Source: a virus. Taken from it: a stretch of DNA of 10,775 nt. Below are positions 4,051-10,775 of the stretch, in pieces (the first letter of the stretch is position 1; each line of letters begins with the position of its first letter). The position numbers and the translations under genes were made by a program. Under the pieces are notes generated by a model. It did not search any database. It had not been told where the DNA came from and saw only the letters and a program-made list of their open reading frames with translations. The stretch is from the UHGV virus genome UHGV-1753860; one strand, given 5' to 3'.

Positions 4051-4898
4051 TCCGCCACCAGCATATTGATTCTGCAATTTCGGGACGTTACACTGTCTCC
4101 GCACCTTATAAAGCGGGTGCCGGGCGTGGAAACCCGAAATTCAATATAGAGCACAACCGCGCTCATGCGGTTTTTTCGTGTCATGAGCATCGTTACGCCC
4201 AAATTATGGTGGGACGTGCAGGGCCAACTTCGGTTGGGCCGGGTTCTATGTTGACCGGTATTTCCACCCCTGTACGTCTCACCACCTATATGGTCGTGGA
4301 AAGCCTTGGTGGTGAGTTCATTGAATTCAACATAGGGGCTGTCACCATGACTACTCTCCCAGCCCAATCTCACCCTGAAATCACGATTATCAATGGTCGC
4401 GTTGTCACCACATCTCTTGCAGTAGCTAATTACTTTACTAAACGGCATGAGCGGGTTTTAGATAGAATTAGAAACCTCGAATGTTCCGCTGAATTTACTG
4501 AACACAATTTTGTGTTAAGTGAATACACCGACGCATCAGGCCGCAAACTCCCTTGTTACCAAATCACCCGCGACGGTTTTGCGTTTCTTGCCATGGGCTT
4601 CACTGGTAAACGTGCTGCCCAGTTCAAAGAGGCATACATCAACGCCTTTAACCAGATGGAGAAGAATTTATCTGGTGCTGACGCGGTTGATATGTCAGCT
4701 GTCGCACGAAACGCCAGAGGCGTATACCTGCATTTGCGTGAAATCCATCAAATCTGGACAAGCCAGCTTTATCCAATGCTTAAGGCCGTTGAATCTCCGC
4801 TGGCTAGCAAACTGTACGACCGTGTTGGTGATGCTGTTTTTGGCGCTGCACTTGTTGATTCCAGGCTGAATGGTTCTGACAAGGAGGTTCGCCCATGA
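4047..4898 (+). CDS. Rha-family phage regulatory protein; start ambiguous between ATG 4047 (long, 283 aa) and ATG 4347 (Rha domain at the N-terminus, 183 aa)
   Basis: Rha motif VVTTSLAVANYFTKRHERVLDRIRNLE begins about 10 residues after M4347, which fits the family architecture. ATG 4047 has a strong GGAGG 7 nt upstream and overlaps the previous stop (ATGA), and the frame is open throughout, so a long isoform or coupled leader translation cannot be excluded. The 4047-4346 stretch also holds the small-RNA module 2 signals. Confidence 0.7.
   Translation: MIRHQHIDSAISGRYTVSAPYKAGAGRGNPKFNIEHNRAHAVFSCHEHRYAQIMVGRAGPTSVGPGSMLTGISTPVRLTTYMVVESLGGEFIEFNIGAVTMTTLPAQSHPEITIINGRVVTTSLAVANYFTKRHERVLDRIRNLECSAEFTEHNFVLSEYTDASGRKLPCYQITRDGFAFLAMGFTGKRAAQFKEAYINAFNQMEKNLSGADAVDMSAVARNARGVYLHLREIHQIWTSQLYPMLKAVESPLASKLYDRVGDAVFGAALVDSRLNGSDKEVRP
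4066..4094 (+). promoter_or_regulatory. Candidate sigma70 promoter of small-RNA module 2
   Basis: TTGATT (4066-4071), 17-nt spacer, TACACT (4089-4094); paralogous to 3410-3438. Confidence 0.45.
4101..4176 (+). ncRNA. Candidate small RNA 2 (about 76 nt): same architecture as small RNA 1 but with seed UCAAUAUAG
   Basis: Predicted start G4101; hairpin CGGG/CCCG (4121-4136); seed TCAATATAG (4141-4149); terminator ACCGC-GCTCAT-GCGGT followed by T6 (4156-4176). Seed pairs with CTATGTTGA at 4246-4254 (8 Watson-Crick pairs plus one G-U) and matches TCAACATAG at 4327-4335 next to the ribosome-binding site of the Rha start at 4347. Confidence 0.45.
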
Positions 4899-5089
4899 TT
4901 AGTTACGAAATCATCATCTCCACTACGGAATACAGAAACGATGTATCAGTTCGCACGGATGTATCTGTCTGGCACCGTCGCTATAAATCCAGAAAAACAG
5001 CGGAACTGAAAGCGGCAGAGATGTGTGAAACCATCTCAATGAAAGGTAGCCCGGTTAAATACGTAACTACGGCGGAGGTGCGTCCATGA
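4895..5089 (+). CDS. Hypothetical small protein (64 aa)
   Basis: ATG 4895 overlaps the previous stop (ATGA); GGAGG 7 nt upstream; no recognisable motif. Confidence 0.5.
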   Translation: MISYEIIISTTEYRNDVSVRTDVSVWHRRYKSRKTAELKAAEMCETISMKGSPVKYVTTAEVRP

Positions 5090-5310
5090 TCCGCCACATC
5101 GTTAATTCCCTGTATCACCGATACAACCGTTGCCCCCGTGTGGGGCAGTGGTTCGCCACCAGCAACGGTCACGTTCTGCGGGTTTGCCTAGTCAACGCTG
5201 AAAGCCAGAAAGTCGTGTGCGAACTACAGGGGCGTAGCTACACCATCAGTTACCCTCTGGCGGTATTTCTGTCTGGAAAAATGTTTAAGCGTCTGGGAGG
5301 TGTGGCGTGA
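5086..5310 (+). CDS. Hypothetical small protein (74 aa)
   Basis: ATG 5086 overlaps the previous stop; GGAGG 7 nt upstream; begins MIRH, as does the 4047 ORF. Confidence 0.5.
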   Translation: MIRHIVNSLYHRYNRCPRVGQWFATSNGHVLRVCLVNAESQKVVCELQGRSYTISYPLAVFLSGKMFKRLGGVA

Positions 5311-5606
5311 ACTGTTTTCAGTTTGTGTGCGGATGTGCTTTCGATAACCCGATTCAGCGCCTGATTATGTTGCGTGTTTTGATGTCGGGTTCTTCAGACG
5401 GTGAAGGCGAGAGAGTTATTGATCATCAGGTGCTTGCTGATTTCTGCTGTTGTTCTAAGCAAGCGATATTCAGGGAAACCCTGGCACTGGAAAGAGCTGG
5501 TTATCTTCATATCCGAAAAATTGCAACGCTTACTATTGATGCAAAAGCCAGACTACAACCTGCGCGTGGCTACACAATTCTCATGCCGCGGAAGGAGGTT
5601 GTATGA
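5307..5606 (+). CDS. Hypothetical protein (99 aa), possibly a winged-helix DNA-binding protein
   Basis: GTG start overlapping the previous stop with GGAGG upstream; the segment VIDHQVLADFCCCSKQAIFRETLALERAGYLHIRK looks like an HTH or winged-helix recognition unit. Weak inference. Confidence 0.45.
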   Translation: MNCFQFVCGCAFDNPIQRLIMLRVLMSGSSDGEGERVIDHQVLADFCCCSKQAIFRETLALERAGYLHIRKIATLTIDAKARLQPARGYTILMPRKEVV

Positions 5607-6595
5607 GCCGTTACGCCCCCACACCGGAAGTTATGGCTATTGGTCAAATTAATATTTCCGGCAATGTTACACCTGCGAACTGGTGGAAATATATTCGACT
5701 ACCCAGTGGGCGTCCGGATGCGACGGCTATCGCTCTGCTTTCAGAGATCGTTTACTGGTACCGCCCGACAGAGGTCAGGGATGAGCACACCGGAGCGTTG
5801 CTGGGATATCGCAAGCGTTTTCAGGGCGACAAACTGCAAAGAAGCTACCAGGCGTTTGCTGAGCAGTTTGGTTTCGGGAAAAGGGAAACCGCAGATGCGC
5901 TGAAGCGTCTGCGCGATGCAGGGTTTATTACTCTGGATTTACGCACGGTGGAAATGCTCGATGGGGTGAAATGCAGCAATATTTTGTTTGTCGGGATCAA
6001 CCCACAGGCAATTGCGGCCATCACCACACCTTCTTCTGTTTCGCCAGAAAGTAACAGCAATAATGCAATCAGCGATACAGCTATTACGTTAAAACGGAAC
6101 ACCCCCCGACGTCATAACGGAACAGGGGATACGCCGAATGTTGATACAAATACAGAGATTACTACAGAGATTACAACGGAGACTAAAAACACTATTGATG
6201 CATCCGCTGACGCGTCTGCGCCAGCGCGTTCTGCCCGACAGGAATATTCACCGGAATTTGAACAGGCCTGGCAGGAATATCCCAAACGTGCTGGTGGCAA
6301 TTCCAAGTCAGCAGCCTTCAAAGCCTGGAAAGCCCGTATCAGGGAGGGAATAAAACCGGAGACCATGCTTGATGGCGTGAAGCGGTATGCCGCCTGGGTA
6401 CGTGCTACAGGAAATACCGGCACACAGTTCGTGAAGCAGGCTGCGACGTTCTTTGGACCCGATCGTCACTTCGAAGATTACTGGCAACAGCCAGCCGCTC
6501 ACGGAGGTGGGCGACAGCGACAGGTCGATGTCCTGGCTGGCCTGGGAGCCATGTCTGACAAATTCGGTAAATCCAGTAACAAATTGACATTCTGA
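5603..6595 (+). CDS. Phage replication initiation protein (O-like, partner of the DnaC-type loader); family assignment tentative
   Basis: 330-aa ORF with GGAGG ribosome-binding site, directly upstream of and translationally coupled to the DnaC-like and DnaB-like genes. Two-domain layout with a Thr/Ser/Asp-rich low-complexity linker whose DNA carries iteron-like repeats. Confidence 0.65.
   Translation: MSRYAPTPEVMAIGQINISGNVTPANWWKYIRLPSGRPDATAIALLSEIVYWYRPTEVRDEHTGALLGYRKRFQGDKLQRSYQAFAEQFGFGKRETADALKRLRDAGFITLDLRTVEMLDGVKCSNILFVGINPQAIAAITTPSSVSPESNSNNAISDTAITLKRNTPRRHNGTGDTPNVDTNTEITTEITTETKNTIDASADASAPARSARQEYSPEFEQAWQEYPKRAGGNSKSAAFKAWKARIREGIKPETMLDGVKRYAAWVRATGNTGTQFVKQAATFFGPDRHFEDYWQQPAAHGGGRQRQVDVLAGLGAMSDKFGKSSNKLTF
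6152..6185. repeat. Iteron-like direct repeats (2.5 copies of a 12-bp unit) inside the initiator gene; candidate origin element
   Basis: ACAGAGATTACT (6152-6163), ACAGAGATTACA (6164-6175), ACGGAGACTA (6176-6185), followed by a GC-rich near-palindrome around GACGCGTC. Lambdoid origins commonly sit inside the initiator gene. Confidence 0.35.
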
Positions 6596-6605
6596 GGTGA
6601 CAGCG

Positions 6606-7505
6606 ATGATGACGATTGACCAACGTGAGAAACAAACAAGACTACAGGCGCGAATGGATGAGTTACGGGCAGAAATGGATGAGTTACGGGCAGAGATTGC
6701 ATTTGCTCAGAAGGGCGAAAAGCCATGGCCTTATCGTTCCTGCCTGATGCGTGAAGGTCACGGATATTGCGAAAAACACGGTAAATATCGTACGCATATA
6801 CTGGTGTGGATCGATCGTAATGGCGAGGACAGAGAAAAAATTTCATGCTGCCCTGACTGCTTGATCGCTGAGGCCAGTGATTTGACCATGGAACTGTCGT
6901 CCCTCAAGGCGGAAGAACTGACTGATAACGCCGGAATTGCTCTGCGTTTTCGGGACTGCGAGTTTGATAATTATCTGGAGGTTAATCCTGACGCAGCCAG
7001 AAATCTTGCGGCCTGTCGCCGCTATGCGGAGAACTGGCCAGATATGCTGGAGAACGGTACCAGTCTTGTTATGACCGGCAGTTGCGGTACCGGGAAAAAT
7101 CATCTGGCGGTATCAATGGCAAAACACATCATCCGTAACTATCTGGCCAGTGTGGAGATCACCGACGTGATGCGCCTTACCCGGGCTGTGAAAAACTGCT
7201 GGCGGAATGACAGTGAAAAAACAGCGGATGACGTCATTGAGCATTATGCGTCACTGGATTTGCTGATTGTCGACGAAGTCGGCGTTCAGTTTGGCAGTGC
7301 GGCTGAAATGGCCATTTTGCAGGAAATTATCAATGCCCGGTATGAGGGTATTTTGCCAACTATCCTGATCAGCAACCTTTCACCGGAAGAATTGTGGGCG
7401 TTCATCAGTCCCCGGATTGCCGACAGGATCACCGATGGCGGGCGCAACTGGTTGTCGTTTAACTGGCCCAGCTACCGTTCTCGTATCGGAGGTGTTGCCG
7501 CATGA
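6606..7505 (+). CDS. DnaC-type (IstB-like AAA+) replicative helicase loader
   Basis: Walker A LVMTGSCGTGKNHLAVSMA resembles E. coli DnaC GKPGTGKNHLAAAI as recalled; Walker B LLIVDEVG; Cys/His cluster near the N-terminus. Start set at ATG 6606 (GAGGTG upstream) rather than the GTG at 6597 in the track. Confidence 0.88.
   Translation: MMTIDQREKQTRLQARMDELRAEMDELRAEIAFAQKGEKPWPYRSCLMREGHGYCEKHGKYRTHILVWIDRNGEDREKISCCPDCLIAEASDLTMELSSLKAEELTDNAGIALRFRDCEFDNYLEVNPDAARNLAACRRYAENWPDMLENGTSLVMTGSCGTGKNHLAVSMAKHIIRNYLASVEITDVMRLTRAVKNCWRNDSEKTADDVIEHYASLDLLIVDEVGVQFGSAAEMAILQEIINARYEGILPTILISNLSPEELWAFISPRIADRITDGGRNWLSFNWPSYRSRIGGVAA
6654..6695 (+). repeat. Perfect-to-near-perfect 21-bp tandem duplication inside the helicase-loader coding sequence
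   Basis: ATGGATGAGTTACGGGCAGAA (6654-6674) is followed by ATGGATGAGTTACGGGCAGAG (6675-6695); in frame, it encodes MDELRAE twice. Confidence 0.9.
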
Positions 7506-8902
7506 CCAGCCAGAACACCCCGGCATGGCGTAACGATGACCTGGAAGGCGCTGTCATCGGTGCGTTTTTTCTGCGTGGGGCCGATCCGGAAGTGATGGAT
7601 ATTCTGGCCACACTTCCGGCGGATGTATTTTTTGTGCGTCAGTACCGGGATATTTACGCGGGGATTTGCAGACAGGCTCGCATATCCGGCGTCATTGACC
7701 CCGTACTGCTGTGCAATGAGATGCCGGAACTTGCCCCGGTGATTACCGACACCGGACGCAAAACCTGGGTGAAGTCTTCACTGGAGCACTATGTCGCAGC
7801 GTTGCGGCGCAATGCCGCACTGCGCGATGCAGAAAAAACACTGACTGAAGCATTACAGAATTTACGTGATGCGTATACCTGTGAAGCAGCCGAGGATGCC
7901 CTGAAGGATGTGCAGAACATGATGGCCTCACTGTCGACCGGAAAGGGCGTCATTCAGCCGGTTCACATTGATGATGTCCTTCCGGAAGTGGTCGACCGTG
8001 TTGAATGCCGCAATCAGGGACTGGAGAAATCCAGGGCACTGATGACCGGTATTGATGAACTGGACGCAAAAACGGGCGGTATGGAGCCCGGAGACCTGGT
8101 ATTCATTGCCGCCCGTCCTTCGATGGGGAAAACCGAACTTGCGCTGGACATCATCGACAAGGTGACTGAGCAGGGGCATGGCGTGCTTCTGTTCACCATG
8201 GAGATGGCGAACATCCAGATTGGTGAACGTATGGTGTCTGCTGCCGGTGGAATGCCGGTATCCCGTCTTAAGTCTGTTGCCAGTTTTGAAGATGAAGACT
8301 GGGCGCGTTTCTCGCAGGGCGTGGGACGAATGACGGGGCGTAATATCTGGATGGTGGATCAGGCAAACCTGACCATTGATGAGATATGTGCAACCACGAA
8401 GCACCACCGGATGAAACACCCGGAAACGGCGCTGGTGGTGGTCGATTACCTCGGTCTGATTAAAACCCGCAGCACGGGGCGTCACGACCTTGCTGTGGGG
8501 GAAATCTCAAAGGGACTTAAAAGCCTGGCAAAATCCGGCGGTTTCCCGCTGATTGCTCTGAGCCAGCTCTCCCGAGGCGTGGAATCCAGACCCAATAAAC
8601 GTCCCATGAACTCAGACCTGAAAAACTCCGGGGAAATAGAGGCTGATGCCGACATCATTCTGATGCTTTACAGGGATGAGGTGTATAACCCGGATACACA
8701 GGCCAGAGGCATAGCAGAAATCAACATCACGAAACAGCGTAATGGCACACTCGGGACCATTTACCGGCGTTTTCATAACGGACATTTTCTGCCTGTGGAC
8801 CAGGAGAGTGCCCGGGTTCTTTCCACACCCATGACGCCGGGCAATCCGCGCAGATACAGCAATTACCGCATGTCGGGCAGTAAAACGGAGCGTTTATTTT
8901 GA
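7502..8902 (+). CDS. Replicative DNA helicase, DnaB family
   Basis: Walker A GDLVFIAARPSMGKTELAL; Walker B VVVDYLGLI; the hallmark stretch IALSQLSRGVESRPNKRPMNSDLKNSGEIEADADIILMLYRDEVYNP. ATG 7502 overlaps the upstream stop; GGAGG 9 nt upstream. Confidence 0.93.
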   Translation: MTSQNTPAWRNDDLEGAVIGAFFLRGADPEVMDILATLPADVFFVRQYRDIYAGICRQARISGVIDPVLLCNEMPELAPVITDTGRKTWVKSSLEHYVAALRRNAALRDAEKTLTEALQNLRDAYTCEAAEDALKDVQNMMASLSTGKGVIQPVHIDDVLPEVVDRVECRNQGLEKSRALMTGIDELDAKTGGMEPGDLVFIAARPSMGKTELALDIIDKVTEQGHGVLLFTMEMANIQIGERMVSAAGGMPVSRLKSVASFEDEDWARFSQGVGRMTGRNIWMVDQANLTIDEICATTKHHRMKHPETALVVVDYLGLIKTRSTGRHDLAVGEISKGLKSLAKSGGFPLIALSQLSRGVESRPNKRPMNSDLKNSGEIEADADIILMLYRDEVYNPDTQARGIAEINITKQRNGTLGTIYRRFHNGHFLPVDQESARVLSTPMTPGNPRRYSNYRMSGSKTERLF

Positions 8903-9156
8903 ACAACAGAACAATCACTGTTTCACCGGAACAACTTCGTCGGCAGGCGCAGGAGATGCTTCGTTGTGCTGAACAGATGGAAAAAACGAGCGTGAAAAAA
9001 GATACGCTCCGCAAGCAGCTTACTCCGGCGCTTCGTGATCTGCTGCAGGCAAAACACCGCACACAAAAGGCGGTGGATGAGCTGGTGGATTGCGTGGCGG
9101 AACTGGAAGGACAGGTAAGCCAGTTTGAAACGCTGGTGAAGGAGTTTACTGCGTGA
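8899..9156 (+). CDS. Hypothetical small protein (85 aa), predicted coiled-coil
   Basis: TTG start overlapping the helicase stop with GGAG 8 nt upstream; first in-frame ATG is at 8956; charged heptad-like sequence; no recognisable motif. Confidence 0.45.
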   Translation: MNNRTITVSPEQLRRQAQEMLRCAEQMEKTSVKKDTLRKQLTPALRDLLQAKHRTQKAVDELVDCVAELEGQVSQFETLVKEFTA

Positions 9157-9202
9157 TGGCTGAATTTTTTTCTCCTGCGTTCATGCAATACCGTTCGCTG
9201 AG

Positions 9203-10198
9203 GTGACCGTGAGAGCACTGCTGACCCCTGAAATTGCCCCGCGTATGGGGATCGTCTTGTTCAGACCCGGTTCAGAGCTGATGCCCCTGTTTATGCAGGG
9301 GCGTGTCCTGCTGGAGCCTGAGCCGGAACGTTATTCATCTTTTGCCAGTGGTGCCGTTCCGGCAGCATCACAACCGCTGGCGGATGATCCTGCCGTTCGG
9401 GCCGTGTTCCGCCATGAGGCGGTGATCCGTCGTGCTGGTGGCGTGGAATGCCTTGAGAGCTGGTTACTTCGTGAAAAAGGCTGCCAGTGGCCTCATTCCG
9501 GATGGCACAGCGAGAACATGACCACAATGCGACACGCGCCGGGCACAATCCGTCTGTGCTGGCACTGCGATAACCTGCTTCGCGATCAGTTCACGGAACG
9601 TCTGGAATCAATGGCAACGGATAACTGTGCCCGCTGGGTGTTGTCCGTAGTCCGTCGTGATCTCGGTTTTGATGACAGCCACGTTGTGACAATGCCGGAA
9701 CTGTGCTGGTGGCTGATTCGTAATGATCTGGCGGATGCCTTATCGGAAAGTGCAGCCCGTAAGGCACTGAGATTACCGAAGCCTGTTGTGCCGTCTGTCA
9801 CCCGGGAAAGTGACCTTGTGCCTTCGGTTCCTGCCACCAGCATCATCCAGGATAAAGCGAAAAAGGTGCTGGCGCTGAAAGTGGATCCGGAGTCGCCGGA
9901 GTCTTTTATGTTACGCCCAAAACGTCGCCGCTGGGTTAATGAAAAGTACACGCGCTGGGTTAAGACACAGCCGTGTGCATGTTGTGGAAAGCCCGCTGAT
10001 GATCCCCACCACCTGATAGGTCACGGTCAGGGTGGAATGGGAACAAAAGCGCATGACCTTTTTGTGTTGCCTTTGTGCAGAAAACACCATGACGAACTGC
10101 ATGCGGATACCGTGGCATTTGAAGAGAAGTATGGCTCCCAACTGGAGCTGATATTTCGTTTTATCGATCGCGCGCTGGCGATTGGTGTGCTGTCCTGA
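9203..10198 (+). CDS. Prophage nin-region protein with C-terminal Cys/His-rich domain (DUF968-like as recalled)
   Basis: C-terminus CACCGKPADDPHHLIGHGQGGMGTKAHDLFVLPLCRKHHDELH carries a CxxC..HH..PLC..HH pattern typical of a domain found between replication genes and Q in enterobacterial prophages. GTG start with AGGTG upstream; exact start uncertain. Confidence 0.65.
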   Translation: MTVRALLTPEIAPRMGIVLFRPGSELMPLFMQGRVLLEPEPERYSSFASGAVPAASQPLADDPAVRAVFRHEAVIRRAGGVECLESWLLREKGCQWPHSGWHSENMTTMRHAPGTIRLCWHCDNLLRDQFTERLESMATDNCARWVLSVVRRDLGFDDSHVVTMPELCWWLIRNDLADALSESAARKALRLPKPVVPSVTRESDLVPSVPATSIIQDKAKKVLALKVDPESPESFMLRPKRRRWVNEKYTRWVKTQPCACCGKPADDPHHLIGHGQGGMGTKAHDLFVLPLCRKHHDELHADTVAFEEKYGSQLELIFRFIDRALAIGVLS

Positions 10199-10215
10199 TT
10201 TTGTGGAGAAAGTTG

Positions 10216-10596
10216 ATGCGTGATATTCAGATGGTTCTTGAACGCTGGGGGGCATGGGCTGCAAGTGGTAACACCGGGGTGGACTATTCTCCGATCGCTG
10301 CCGGATTCAAAGGACTTTTACCATCTGCCACTAAACCACGTCCGGCCTGCTGCGATGATGACGGACTTATCATTGAAAACTGTCTTGCTCGTCTGAAGCA
10401 GAAAAAACCTGAGGAGTATTCGCTTCTCATTGCTCATTATTTGTTGCGAATATCAAAAAGACAGATAGCCAGGAAGAGAAAGAAAAGCGAAAAAGCAATA
10501 CGAATTGAGATGCAGATAGCCGAAGGGTTTATTGACGGATGTTTGTCTGTGCTGGGGGTAAGACTGGAGATGGACGACTGGCTGCTAAAAAAGTAA
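10216..10596 (+). CDS. Late-gene antitermination protein Q (small Q family, QuuD-like)
   Basis: N-terminus MRDIQMVLERWGAWAA matches what I recall of E. coli DLP12 QuuD and relatives; last gene before an intergenic region and a strong intrinsic terminator, as in the Q, pR', tR' arrangement. Start set at ATG 10216 rather than TTG 10201. Confidence 0.8.
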   Translation: MRDIQMVLERWGAWAASGNTGVDYSPIAAGFKGLLPSATKPRPACCDDDGLIIENCLARLKQKKPEEYSLLIAHYLLRISKRQIARKRKKSEKAIRIEMQIAEGFIDGCLSVLGVRLEMDDWLLKK

Positions 10597-10666
10597 AAAA
10601 TGATTAGTGCGGTCCGCAAAAAGTATGTCAGTATGTTAAGAGTGGTTACTTCGCCACACAGCTTAA

Positions 10667-10689
10667 ACCCGCCGCGAGCGGGTTTTTTT
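10667..10689 (+). terminator. Intrinsic terminator downstream of Q (tR'-like)
   Basis: ACCCGC (10667-10672), loop CGCGA, GCGGGT (10678-10683), followed by a T-run through 10689. Confidence 0.8.
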
Positions 10690-10775
10690 ATGGCTGAAAT
10701 CGGTCCAGTACAGTAAACGTGCTGGTGGCGGTGAATACCTGTCTTTCAGCTTGCTGGCTTTTTCGACAAGAGTTA

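Noticed and set aside
3405-4346. Possibility that the repeated elements are a CRISPR array or an insertion sequence
   Set aside because: Only two copies, about 650 bp apart, with copy-specific complementary sites and promoter and terminator signals; no short regular repeat-spacer pattern, terminal inverted repeats or transposase.
4029-6846. Other track ORFs in the Rha-to-initiator region (4029-4448, 4519-4869, 4981-5172, 5401-5652, 5640-5903, 5845-6102, 6112-6423, 6138-6353, 6308-6502, 6405-6635, 6499-6846, 6843-7103) and 1563-1751, 1963-2178, 3618-3854
   Set aside because: All overlap better-supported genes in alternative frames or on the opposite strand.
7928-8485. Long minus-strand ORFs antisense to the helicase and nin genes (7928-8485, 8014-8214, 7743-7931, 8727-9218, 9291-9548, 9586-9951, 9911-10264)
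   Set aside because: They lie opposite strongly supported GC-rich genes with clear motifs and ribosome-binding sites; long antisense open frames are expected in GC-rich coding sequence and have no start signals of their own.
9156-9202. 16-codon ORF (MAEFFSPAFMQYRSLR) between the 85-aa gene and the DUF968-like gene
   Set aside because: No ribosome-binding site and very short; most likely just the intergenic spacer.
2630-9720. Chi-like octamers GCTGGTGG on the plus strand (near 2630, 8432, 9713, 10722) and on the minus strand (near 4055, 5150, 9835)
   Set aside because: The number is unremarkable for enterobacterial DNA of this length and orientation is mixed; no evidence of functional enrichment.
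10691-10775. Short ORF starting ATGGCTGAA just after the terminator
   Set aside because: Only eight codons before a stop; too short to call, and the window ends soon after.

Overview
The window reads as the immunity-to-late-control segment of a lambdoid enterobacterial prophage, with the left edge interrupted by a partial IS3-family (IS2-like) insertion sequence. Left to right: the IS end (1-161); a leftward operon of a 167-aa HTH-XRE protein and a 121-aa unknown protein downstream of a lambda-CI-type repressor (1580-2236, minus); a divergent operator region; then a rightward operon with three Rha-family (KilA-N clan) regulatory genes, three small ORFs, an O-like initiator, a DnaC-type helicase loader, a DnaB-type helicase, two nin-region genes, a Q-type antiterminator and an intrinsic terminator. 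The most interesting signal is a tandem pair of small-RNA-like modules in front of the second and third Rha genes. Each has a near-identical promoter and 5' block, a hairpin, a short single-stranded seed, and a hairpin plus U6 terminator about 77 nt downstream. Each seed is complementary to a site about 105 nt downstream and identical to a second site that overlaps the Rha ribosome-binding site; the seed sequences differ between the two copies but the complementarity is kept. I read this as two orthogonal antisense-RNA riboregulators of antirepressor-like genes, in the style of P1 c4 or Gifsy IsrK as I recall them, but homology is unverified. All calls are from reading the sequence by hand; no database search or folding program was run, and family names rest on recalled motifs.
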